Positions 29,601-37,255 of a stretch of 64,000 nucleotides of DNA are shown piece by piece. This DNA is from Candidatus Oxydemutatoraceae bacterium (GTDB lineage Bacteria > Pseudomonadota > Gammaproteobacteria > Poriferisulfidales > Oxydemutatoraceae). Position numbers and translations under genes: made by a program. The first letter of the stretch is position 1. Every line of letters begins with the position of its first letter. A model generated the notes under the pieces. That model did no database searches. It saw only the letters and a program-made list of their open reading frames with translations, and was not told the origin of the DNA. Location of the stretch: positions 1,615,012-1,679,011 of the forward strand of contig OZ250161.1 of assembly GCA_965237985.1 (NCBI GenBank), written 5' to 3'.

Positions 29601-29747
29601 GAACTGCACCTGGATTTGGTGGGAGCCTGCCTGGCAGCCGAACAGGCGGTGGCCCAAAGCAACTCGGCCAAAGATGAGATCCCTCATGAGATACTTGAGC
29701 GGATTGACCGTTGTGTGCGTAGCTTGCTCAAGGAATATGTTCAGTGA
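26640..29747 (+). CDS. Type IIL/IIG restriction-modification enzyme, MmeI family (endonuclease plus gamma-class N6-adenine methyltransferase plus target-recognition domain, one polypeptide)
   Basis: N-terminal 'FADLVFYSARLVIETKARGK' matches the MmeI nuclease motif (D-x10-E-x-K, compare MmeI 'FVDLFWPGILLIEMKSRGK'). MTase motif X 'FGEYYTPDWLA', motif I 'VLDPACGSGTFLFHAARRI', motif IV 'LIGNPPWIV'. Followed by about 450 aa of TRD. 1035 aa. Confidence 0.8.
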   Translation: MKKQEKIGIRSRLQKLSTLNGEDEIRSEVGELFELLGLPDKSLQHRVGRWFADLVFYSARLVIETKARGKVNPEDRGSGLDETQKGQLARYLEKLTAKEISPSDQPWRGVLTDGETWHVYEWNTKSHPGREKSGPRSSRVAEPRPSLYGWNDERMREIRPKFQFQAKHNGRAESFIEFFRQYLAPEKRRGKPAPPSDLGTSVLQPFFHDLAQLAENAEGDPHFNTKFRVWKSVLKGAGLLPPEGMVSRTRRLFREHTALVVTARGILNAMGKTTQRDAGLDRDLNSGFVSWLQEVTGGAERTRQLFQDLEKYEWRGTTRDVMRTAYEQLIKAEDRKEFGEYYTPDWLATAVCEDVLDVDWLNHALAAARQALTSRRARESRIEPLLGIGVLDPACGSGTFLFHAARRIVDHAVRERGFSPKEACHAAAILVHGMDIHPVAVEMSRAVLRTALPDLDDQDAEHLSVYVGDSLQTDEFQSGTLLGKDTVYVQSTKDHSIEIPRDLLSRPDFSVLIECLVGAALEKEPLNLCEFEMDKSLEKKLQIAYRALKKICRDEGNHVWAWKIRNTAKPLQLTGSGVDRLIGNPPWIVSNDTPEGVRKQAFKEMTKGYGLRDPKLHRSSAKGDLAALFAVRAIDLYLASGDGRKGGGGVAKRFAFVLPGSALINQVWRPFRTGNWQGKQHRVEATLETPWDLGGVKEAPFPHAPNQACVVRGYLGAAQQLPKAIFWKASDVELEQDWETARRLIRQSSGSEAFPEPKASLYVREFHLGVMLRPLCLGLTTDWESRGDLIRFTTYRSTKGPWKGKQYRGEMEAEATHSLLRSQTLRAFRALPDALLLAPLRDESIADLETWPKAWLPKARKWFREHEKVFQKYRSSKSAPSLLGNINWKNTFTRQYLRALKSPKALRKVVYNASGSSLRAARVVLGLAVNAKCYYAILTSEKAAAYLVATLNAPCLLPAWNHYKTSRLDYDLNPLRSVPVPVFDKTDELHLDLVGACLAAEQAVAQSNSAKDEIPHEILERIDRCVRSLLKEYVQ

Positions 29748-30099
29748 ATATCGTCGGTGACACAGTCTCCCCATGACATGTTTTCGTATTGTTTAGAGCG
29801 AGGAAAGCAATCTCCACAAGAACCAGAAATGGTTCCCCACCGTGCTTCGGAACAAGATCTTTTTTTATGACATGGTTTTCAAAAAGTATCCCTCAAATAA
29901 GATACATTTGAGGGTATCCGCAGGGGAGTGAGGCATTTTTTGTTTTTGGACATCCCTGCGGCTGCTTGAAGAGTTTTGCAGTTCCGGTATCGCTCAGGTC
30001 AAGTCTCAGGGCAATGCACTTCAATGTCGCCTCGCCCATCTCCCAGCTCGAAGCTCCTAAGCCGCCACGCTGAAAAATTTCTTGCGACCGCCAGTCATC

Positions 30100-30205
30100 G
30101 GTCTCGCCTGTTCAGGGGCCACGAAATTGGGTGGCTTGTTCCCCAATGTCTACGTGCCTGCCTGTTCAGGGGCCACGAAATTGGGTGGCTTGTTCCCCAA
30201 TGCTC
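30100..30205. repeat. Direct repeat, two copies, 54-bp period ('cctgttcaggggccacgaaattgggtggcttgttccccaatg')
   Basis: Exact 42-nt copies at 30107-30148 and 30161-30202, in the 850-bp spacer between the RM gene and the ImmA-like gene. Confidence 0.8.
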
Positions 30206-30605
30206 AAGATATTCAGACCCCAGTCATTTGTGGTACTTTCGGTTGCCCAACTCCGAAAACTGCGCGCTTCCGTCAACCCCCTCGGTTTCCTGGTGTGTTT
30301 TGACTAGACGGCTTGTTATTTGAAGCGAATGTTCCCGCAAACCAGTGCAGAACATGTACGTCTGGCTCAGGGTTTCTCAGTTTTGTTGCATCAGTATGCT
30401 ACAGTTCGTGCGTCCAATTTACCTTCCAGTTTGCCTATGCTTTTATATAGGTTTGTTAGTTTTCCCATCTCTAGTTTTGTGCTCTTTTATCCCTTCCGCG
30501 CCAGCGTCCACTTTCGTGTCAAGACTTCCCAGATAGAACACCCCCCCTCCCAGAACCACCAAAATTCCAAGTGCCTTTTATGTGTAATTCCCATTGTTTT
30601 AGAGC

Positions 30606-31844
30606 GTGACAATGCCTCGGATTCTTGAAAAAATTTCGCCGTGCACCATGAAATGGGCGAGAGTAGATGCAGGCTATCGGACTATCGAGAGAGCCGCCAA
30701 AAAATTATGCCAAGCTGCGGAAAGAATCAGAGGATGGGAAGAGGGGAAGAAGCTTCCTACGGCAGCTCAGCTCAGAGAAGTCGCCAAGACGTACCACCGG
30801 CCGATTTGCTTCTTTTATCTAAAAGAAGTTCCTGAACAGTTCAAGATTCAAAGGCCCGTGGACTTTCGACACCTGTCTTCGGATGTTCACGAACGCTGGA
30901 CTCCCAACCTGATGTTGATGATCAGACAGGCACATGACCGGCAGGACTGGGCGCGCGAACTGTTGGGTGATGAAGCGGGAAGCCAGAATTGGGTCGCCTC
31001 CGTCGACGAAGGAAGCGATCCTAAAGCACTCGCTAAAAAAATACGAAATTGGCTGGGGATCTCTGAACAGAAACAGCGAGGGTTTTCCAATCCGGGGGGT
31101 TTTCTCAATGAACTGGTCCGCCTTGCCGAAAACAGGGGAGTCTTTGTTTCTCGTCATCGGCCCGACCAGAACAGATACCGGTCTATTGAGCCCGAAATAT
31201 TCAGAGGAATCGCGCTCAAAGATGCTGTCGCTCCTTTGGTGGTGATTAATCCAAAAGATGCAATCAGAGGGCAAATTTTCACTCTGCTTCATGAGCTGGC
31301 GCATTTGTGGATGGATGCACCCGGGCTGTCAAATCGAGAACCAGATAAACGAGAAGATACTAGAAACAGAAGAATTGAAGTTGCCTGCAACCGCATTGCC
31401 GCGCAGGTCTTGATGCCAAAGAACTGGTTTCTGGCCGAGTGGAAAAAGTGTTCCGGCCTCTCGGATGATGCTATGAGAATAAAGGAGGTTGCTGGAGTTT
31501 TTTCAGTCAGCAGAGAAAGTGTTGCACGGCGGCGGCTTGACGAGGGTGAAATTACTTGGAATCAGTACATTGAATTTCGTAAAAGGTACCAGGAGGATTG
31601 GCGAGCAGAAAAAGCGAGAAAAAAAGAGCAGGCTTCTCAGAAGTCAAGATTTGGAGGTATGGCGAGCGGGTTGCGCATCTGTTTGGAAAACGGGAAAAAG
31701 CTGGCCCGTCTGGCTTTGGAGAACTATCAAGATCAGGAAATAAGCGCCATCGAGGTTTCTCGAGCACTGAACATGAAAGTCGCACATCTTGGGAAGCTTG
31801 CAAAAGCGGTTGACATTGATCTGCCTGACTGGCGGGATGTATGA
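30606..31844 (+). CDS. HTH_XRE-family regulator fused to an ImmA/IrrE (DUF955, COG2856) zinc metallopeptidase domain
   Basis: N-terminal HTH ('AAKKLCQAAERIRGWEEGKKLPTAAQLREVAKTYHRPICFFYL'). HExxH motif 'LLHELAHLWMD' about 220 aa in. 4-nt ATGA overlap with the next gene. Confidence 0.8.
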   Translation: MTMPRILEKISPCTMKWARVDAGYRTIERAAKKLCQAAERIRGWEEGKKLPTAAQLREVAKTYHRPICFFYLKEVPEQFKIQRPVDFRHLSSDVHERWTPNLMLMIRQAHDRQDWARELLGDEAGSQNWVASVDEGSDPKALAKKIRNWLGISEQKQRGFSNPGGFLNELVRLAENRGVFVSRHRPDQNRYRSIEPEIFRGIALKDAVAPLVVINPKDAIRGQIFTLLHELAHLWMDAPGLSNREPDKREDTRNRRIEVACNRIAAQVLMPKNWFLAEWKKCSGLSDDAMRIKEVAGVFSVSRESVARRRLDEGEITWNQYIEFRKRYQEDWRAEKARKKEQASQKSRFGGMASGLRICLENGKKLARLALENYQDQEISAIEVSRALNMKVAHLGKLAKAVDIDLPDWRDV

Positions 31845-32365
31845 CTGAAGAAGGCTTAGAAACAGAGGAGCCAGTTTATTGCATTGATTCATCAAGCCTG
31901 ATAGCTATGTGGAAAGAGAGATATCCGAAAGAGGTTTTTCCTTCCTTGTGGGAGAACAAGCTAAGAGGGCTCGTGAAATGCAGGCTTGGGGTGTGCAAAC
32001 AAGTGTGGCAGGAAATTGACCACCCGGACTTAAAAGAGTCTCTTTCCAAGATGGGGTTGGACGAAGGACATCTCTTGCCTGAATGCCAAGACCTAAAAAA
32101 CAGGGTCGCGGAAATTATAAACAAGCATCCCGCATGGGCCAAGGGAGATGGGGGAAGAGAAGTGGCTGACCCGTATATCATTGCCTTTGCAAAAGAGCAG
32201 GGTATGGTGGTTGTAACAGAAGAGTTGCCCTTTGATAAAACAAAGCCAGGGGCGGAGAGGAAAAGAAGAAGTTCTGGCCCCAAGATTCCTGATGTCTGCA
32301 AAGAAATGGGTGTTGAGTATATGACCCTGCTGAGTTTGTTCAGAAACGAGAGGTGGAAATTTTAG
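31841..32365 (+). CDS. DUF4411-family protein (predicted PIN-like nuclease fold), second gene of a two-gene module with the ImmA/IrrE gene
   Basis: 174 aa. Acidic residues placed like PIN catalytic positions ('YCIDSSSLI', 'VWQEIDH', 'VADPYIIAFA', 'VVTEE'). Translationally coupled to the upstream gene. The family name is from memory. Confidence 0.65.
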   Translation: MTEEGLETEEPVYCIDSSSLIAMWKERYPKEVFPSLWENKLRGLVKCRLGVCKQVWQEIDHPDLKESLSKMGLDEGHLLPECQDLKNRVAEIINKHPAWAKGDGGREVADPYIIAFAKEQGMVVVTEELPFDKTKPGAERKRRSSGPKIPDVCKEMGVEYMTLLSLFRNERWKF

Positions 32366-33149
32366 CCGGGCAGGAAGTGAGGTGTCCTTGGTTTTTGCTA
32401 CAGAACGTTATCCGAAAGGGTATTTCGAGTGCTTGTTAACGCCGCCTGATTCCTCCTGTTCAGTTCTTTATCCGACGGCTCGACAGCTTGGCCGGTCAGG
32501 TGGATTTTCTCAGGTCTCCAAGTAGCAAGTGATTGGCGGATGCTTTTGCTGTGAGTTTCACAGATGGATTCCAAACTGGCGAGAAAAGGTGGCTGAATGG
32601 CGTTTGATGACCTGCCAATGCCAGAGTACACGGAACAACTAGATGGCATAAATTCACTGGGCGAGATAGCGACATCAGCATTCACCGGGAAGCGAAAATG
32701 TCGCCAGGCTTTCGCACATTGAAGCAGGACTTGATTCAAAAAGCAGTTCAGTGTGGTGACCGGGTGCCGGGTTGTAGGCTTGTTGTTTGCTCCTGCTTGT
32801 TCATGGGTGGCGCCCCTGTTCGGTTGATGTTTGTTCCTGTCGTTATCAATGTCGGCTTCAGTGTGTCAGTAATGGGGGTTGAAGTTATGTTCACACAGAT
32901 TTTGACAGTTGCGTTTTCTCGCGTCATCTGTGTTATAGTCGGGAACCCGTTTTGGCGGCGAAGTGGTGAGGGTTGCGTCCGGGGGTTGGTTGGGTCTTTC
33001 GGTGTGGGGTCTCCCATGCTATGGGGGCTCGCTTTCAGGTTCACCGGTGGTGAGCCAAGGCGCACTCGAGGAACGGGTTTGCCGCAGTATGGACAGTGAA
33101 CGCTGGTCGGGGATGCGTTCGCTTACAGTTTATTCAACAGCGAGGTCTC

Positions 33150-33668
33150 GATATGTATGCAGTAGATCAATTGCTCAAGGAATTCGGAGAAGAGGTCGGG
33201 ATTCCAGAGCTGGTTTTTGATGAGGAAGGCTACTGTACGCTTTCCTTTGACGACACGATTGTCACGCTTTCTAAAAGGGAAAATCAGGAAAGGCTGGTTT
33301 TCTACGCCGACGTGGGGCTTTTGCCTACGCCTCCTCCCAAGGACATTCTGCTGGGATTGCTGGAAGCGAATGCATTGCACAGAGCTGTTGGTGATGGTGC
33401 CATCGGGATTCATACTGATGAAAGCCATAACATGACCATCGTGGTTTATTCCTTGTTATTGCGGGTCGCCAACATCGATAAGGCTGTTTTTGAATCCGCC
33501 CTGAAAGAGTTCATTGAAATTTCTGAAGTTTGGACAAAACACTTGGCGGATGCCGACAAGAAATATATTTCAAAAGATGAGGAAGACAAGAAATCCGGTG
33601 GTGGGAAGGGAGATGCCGTCGAAAGTACCGGTGGTGCTGCCCCAGGTGGCGGCGGAATGAGAGTTTGA
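33150..33668 (+). CDS. Type III secretion chaperone-like / YbjN-family protein with a Gly-rich acidic C-terminal tail
   Basis: 'MYAVDQLLKEFGEEVGIPELVFDEEGYCTLSFDDTIVTLSKRENQERLVFYADVGLLP' has the class I T3SS chaperone/YbjN pattern. Start at the internal Met 33150 rather than 33096. Confidence 0.55.
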   Translation, partial: DMYAVDQLLKEFGEEVGIPELVFDEEGYCTLSFDDTIVTLSKRENQERLVFYADVGLLPTPPPKDILLGLLEANALHRAVGDGAIGIHTDESHNMTIVVYSLLLRVANIDKAVFESALKEFIEISEVWTKHLADADKKYISKDEEDKKSGGGKGDAVESTGGAAPGGGGMRV

Positions 33669-33769
33669 GGTTTTGTTTGCCTAGGGCTTTTGGGTTTTTA
33701 GCTGAGGAGCCGATAGCACTTTAGATTGTTTCCCTCAGGTGGGTTCGATGGTGTTTTCGTTCCCTACGT

Positions 33770-34165
33770 TGGGGCTGGGGCAGGGATGGTTACTGCCTGA
33801 GAAAGGCATGGTCTGGTCCTTGGTGCGAAGGGGCGCGTTAGGACCCGCGCTGCTCTGCTGATTTATCGGCATTCCTTTGTCCCCCGTAAATCCTGTTTCG
33901 TGCCGGCAACCTTTATGGCCCTGCGGTCTGGTGAGTTCCCTCGACTTTGACAATGAACGTTTTGTTCACTGGCTGGGGCAGGGATGGTTACTGCCTGAGA
34001 AAGGCATGGTCTGGTCCCCGGTGCGAAGGGGCGCGTTAGGACCCGCGTTGCTCTGCTGATTTGTCGGCATTCCTTTGTCCTCCGTAAATCCTGTTTTTGT
34101 GCCGGCAACCTTTGCGGCCCTGCGGCCTGGCGGGTTCCCTCGACTTTGCCAGTGAATGTTTTGTT
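33770..34165. repeat. Two tandem ~197-bp units resembling the 3' end and downstream region of the minus-strand AmmeMemo gene
   Basis: 33770-33965 closely matches 33965-34165. Both resemble 34238-34330 (compare 'ccagtgaatgttttgttcactg...tttgtcctccgtaaatcctgtttt' with 'ccagtgaattgaactgaagcg...tttgtccgtaaagctggcacg'). Confidence 0.7.
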
Positions 34166-34237
34166 CACTGACTGACGCAACTCGCCACCTCAGCCACCTG
34201 GCTTCAGGTACAGGGATATTTTGTGGCCCCAGTTCCC

Positions 34238-35644
34238 CTAGGCCAGTTCTTCATCGCTCCAGTGAATTGAACTGAAGCGCCTGACCGTTTGTTTTTGTCC
34301 GTAAAGCTGGCACGTGATGCCGGCTTTGATTTTCAAGTGTGCGAGAAAGTCTTCCGGTTCAGGCAGTGTCTCCCAGACTTCCGGAAGGAAAGTGCCGCTT
34401 TGTGGGGGGGCTCCCAGGACTAGGCCATCAATGCCTGGTCTGATTTTTTTCAAAAGCTCCGCTTCATCACGGTAAGGAACTTTTTCAAGGTCTGAAAGAA
34501 CGGATATGGAAATAGACAGTTGGTCAAGCTCCTCCCTGACCAAGGGCGTGAATCGACTATCCCGGAAGGCTGCGCTTACAGCATTACCTGCTATTGATGA
34601 CACCAGTGGGCGAGTGGCGTTGATGGTGCCCACACAGCCGCGGAGTTGGCCTTGGTTTTTCAAAGTCACGAAACAGGCGGCTTTTTTGCGCAGTGCTTCG
34701 GAATGGCTGGCAACGTCAACGGCAATTTCAGAGCCGTACTCAAGTTGGTGGTCAATGGCGTTGCGAGCCAGTGTGCACAGCAACTTTTTTTCAGCCTGCG
34801 AGAAAGGTTGTGTCTCGTACATGGTGAAAGCCGCGTAGCCCACAACTCTGCTTTTGTCACCGCTGACATCGCCAGAATTGATCTGCGCAATTTTTTCCAC
34901 TTCCATGCTCTTTTGGCGAGCGACTTGGAGCAGCCCGCCCAGCAGAATCTGTCCGCAAGCCTGTGTTTCACTGATTTCTTCGGGTTGCAGCCTTAAAACA
35001 GAATCTACCGCCGAGTTGTCAAGGGTGTAGGCGGTATCGTAGTCATGGTAGTGACTGAGGTCGGTGCTGATGATCACGAGCGTTTCATCGCCACCCCAGA
35101 AATGATTGATCAACAGGGCCGCCTGTTCGTAACTTGCTCCACTGGTTACGAAGGGTAAAAGAACAAACTCTTCCAGAACCTGCTGCAAAAAAGGCAACTG
35201 TACTTCAATGCTGTGCTCTCGCACGTGCGCAGGGTCGTTGTATTCCACAAAAGGCAAGGTGGCAACCGCATCTGCAATGCCTGCCTGGTCGATGGAAACG
35301 TCCCCCAAGGGTGTGCGATATGCCGTGGCCGTGGGAGCACACAGTTTGGCGGTTGGAACGTAATGTGCGGGCCCGAGCAGGACTACTTTTTTAATGTTGT
35401 GCGACACATCGGCAAGCATTGCGTAGGCATGGGCGGCAATCTTTCCCGAGTACATATATCCGGCATGGGGGGCAACCAGTGCTTTCGGTGATTTTCTATT
35501 CTCTTTTGGTAAAGAGGTTTGTGCGACCTCTGCGAGCAAGTGCTCCACTTCGGTCTTCAGAGCGCCCGATTCGTCGGGATAAAAAAGACCTGCAACTGCT
35601 GCCTGCCTGACACGATTTTCAAGTGGCTTTGTAATGTCTACCAT
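34238..35644 (-). CDS. AmmeMemoRadiSam system fusion: protein B (MEMO1-like, N-terminal) plus protein A (AMMECR1 domain, C-terminal)
   Basis: N-terminal 'AGLFYP...LVAPHAGYMYSG...LGPAHY' (Memo-like). C-terminal 'ACFVTLKNQGQLRGCVGT' (AMMECR1 signature). 468 aa. No radical-SAM partner gene is adjacent. Confidence 0.8.
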   Translation of the reverse strand: MVDITKPLENRVRQAAVAGLFYPDESGALKTEVEHLLAEVAQTSLPKENRKSPKALVAPHAGYMYSGKIAAHAYAMLADVSHNIKKVVLLGPAHYVPTAKLCAPTATAYRTPLGDVSIDQAGIADAVATLPFVEYNDPAHVREHSIEVQLPFLQQVLEEFVLLPFVTSGASYEQAALLINHFWGGDETLVIISTDLSHYHDYDTAYTLDNSAVDSVLRLQPEEISETQACGQILLGGLLQVARQKSMEVEKIAQINSGDVSGDKSRVVGYAAFTMYETQPFSQAEKKLLCTLARNAIDHQLEYGSEIAVDVASHSEALRKKAACFVTLKNQGQLRGCVGTINATRPLVSSIAGNAVSAAFRDSRFTPLVREELDQLSISISVLSDLEKVPYRDEAELLKKIRPGIDGLVLGAPPQSGTFLPEVWETLPEPEDFLAHLKIKAGITCQLYGQKQTVRRFSSIHWSDEELA

Positions 35645-35876
35645 GCCGAGTCTTCTTAGTTTGGTACCTTCGTCGGCCGATTCTGCATGAAACCGTGTTC
35701 ATTGTCACCTCTTTGCCTCCCGTGACGCGATTGCCTCCAGATTTCAGGGGGAGGATTAGAGCGGGCACTTTTTCGGCGAAAGCGTTGCCGCCGTTGCCTG
35801 CCAGAACTGCCGAGCAGTGGCCAAGGTGGGGCCGGTGGCAGGCAGGATGCAAAAACGGCTGGTTTGGTAAAAAGAC

Positions 35877-36983
35877 TCACAGTATTCGTGTGTTTTGTTG
35901 GTGTTCGAATTCGAAAATGCAGTCAGTCAAGGTCTGGCTTTTGATGGCGTTGCGGACGGTTTTCAGCAGATTTTGGTAATAGTGCAGATTGTGAAAAGTA
36001 TTCAGTATGGGGCCGAGCATTTCGTTGCTGTGGTCGAGGTGGTTCAAATAGGCGCGGCTGAAATGCTTGCAGGTATAGCAGGCGCAGTCAAGGTCAACGG
36101 GGCGCAGGTCTTTCCGGTATGCGGCATTGCCGATTTTCAATATGCCGCGACTGGTGTACAGGAACCCGGTTCGGGCGTTTCGAGTTGGAATGACGCAATC
36201 AAACAGATCCACACCATGACGTATTGCGGTTAGCAGGTCTTCGGGCCGGCCGATGCCCATCAGGTAGCGCGGCTGGTTTTCTGGCAGCAAAGGCAAGGTG
36301 TCGGCGAGCACCTGCACTCGTGTTTCGGCGTCTTCGCCGACTGAAAGGCCGCCGATCGCATATCCGTCAAAAGCCATATCGCACAGCATTGCCGCTGAAG
36401 TAGCGCGCAGGTCGGTGTACATGCCGCCCTGCACAATGCCAAAGATTGCCGAATCGACGCCGGCATGTGCTGCTTTGGATCGGGCTGCCCAGCGCATGGA
36501 ACGCTGCATGGAAGCTTCCGCGACTGCTTTGCTGACGGGATGCGCAGTACACTCGTCGAATGCCATGGTGACATCGCTGCCAAGTGCTATCTGTACGGCG
36601 ACGGAACGTTCCGCATCCAGCAGAAATTCCTGGCCATTCAACGGCGAGCGGAAACAGGCACCACGCTCAGTAACCCGGCAATGTTTCCCGAGACTGAAAA
36701 CCTGATAGCCGCCCGAATCAGTCAGAATCGGCCCGTCCCAGCCCATGAATGCATGCAGGCCACCGGCATCACGGATAATGTTTTCGCCCGGGCGCAACAT
36801 GAGGTGGTAGGCGTTTGCCAGGATCATGCGCGCTCCGCTTTCGACCATCATTCTGGGAGTCAGCCCCTTGACGGTAGCCTGTGTTCCCACCGGCATGAAA
36901 GCAGGCGTCGGGACGGTGCCGCGCGGGAAACGCAATTCCCCGGCGCGCGCCTGACCGCAGTGACTGTCAACGTGAAACTGCAT
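35877..36983 (-). CDS. tgt: Queuine tRNA-ribosyltransferase (tRNA-guanine transglycosylase)
   Basis: 'RGTVPTPAFMPVGTQATVKG', 'LTDSGGYQVFSL', zinc site 'CACYTCKHFSRAYLNHL'. Start at 'MQFHV', Met 5 of the ORF. Confidence 0.9.
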   Translation of the reverse strand: MQFHVDSHCGQARAGELRFPRGTVPTPAFMPVGTQATVKGLTPRMMVESGARMILANAYHLMLRPGENIIRDAGGLHAFMGWDGPILTDSGGYQVFSLGKHCRVTERGACFRSPLNGQEFLLDAERSVAVQIALGSDVTMAFDECTAHPVSKAVAEASMQRSMRWAARSKAAHAGVDSAIFGIVQGGMYTDLRATSAAMLCDMAFDGYAIGGLSVGEDAETRVQVLADTLPLLPENQPRYLMGIGRPEDLLTAIRHGVDLFDCVIPTRNARTGFLYTSRGILKIGNAAYRKDLRPVDLDCACYTCKHFSRAYLNHLDHSNEMLGPILNTFHNLHYYQNLLKTVRNAIKSQTLTDCIFEFEHQQNTRIL

Positions 36984-37255
36984 GGTTTTTCTCAATTACA
37001 CGTGGTGTCTTTGAAATGGTAAAAGCAGCGTTCAAGCCTAAAGGTTTGTTGCGGTGTGTGCAGCGCAGGTGTTTGCCAGGATCATGCGCGCTCCGCTTTC
37101 GACCATCATTCTGGGCGTTAGCCCCTTGACGGTAGCCTGTGTTCCCACCGGTATGAAAGCAGGCGTCGGGACGGTGCCGCGCGGGAAACGCAATTCCCCG
37201 GCGCGCGCTTGGCCGCAGTGGCTGTCAACGTGAAACTGCATGGTTTTTCTCAATC
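36790..37255. repeat. Tandem duplication, two ~230-bp units, of the queA 3' end-tgt 5' end junction
   Basis: 36813-37020 is nearly identical to 37067-37275. The second copy yields the ORF 37038..37346, a tgt N-terminal fragment ('MQFHVDSHCGQARAGELRFPRGTVPTPAFIPVGTQATVKG...'). Confidence 0.85.

Noticed and set aside
32698-33099. 133-aa plus-strand ORF and 105-aa minus-strand ORF (32748..33065) in the island
   Set aside because: Low-complexity (G/V/R-rich or P/T-rich) translations with no start context. The convergent 32398..32739 ORF is also unsupported and left unannotated.
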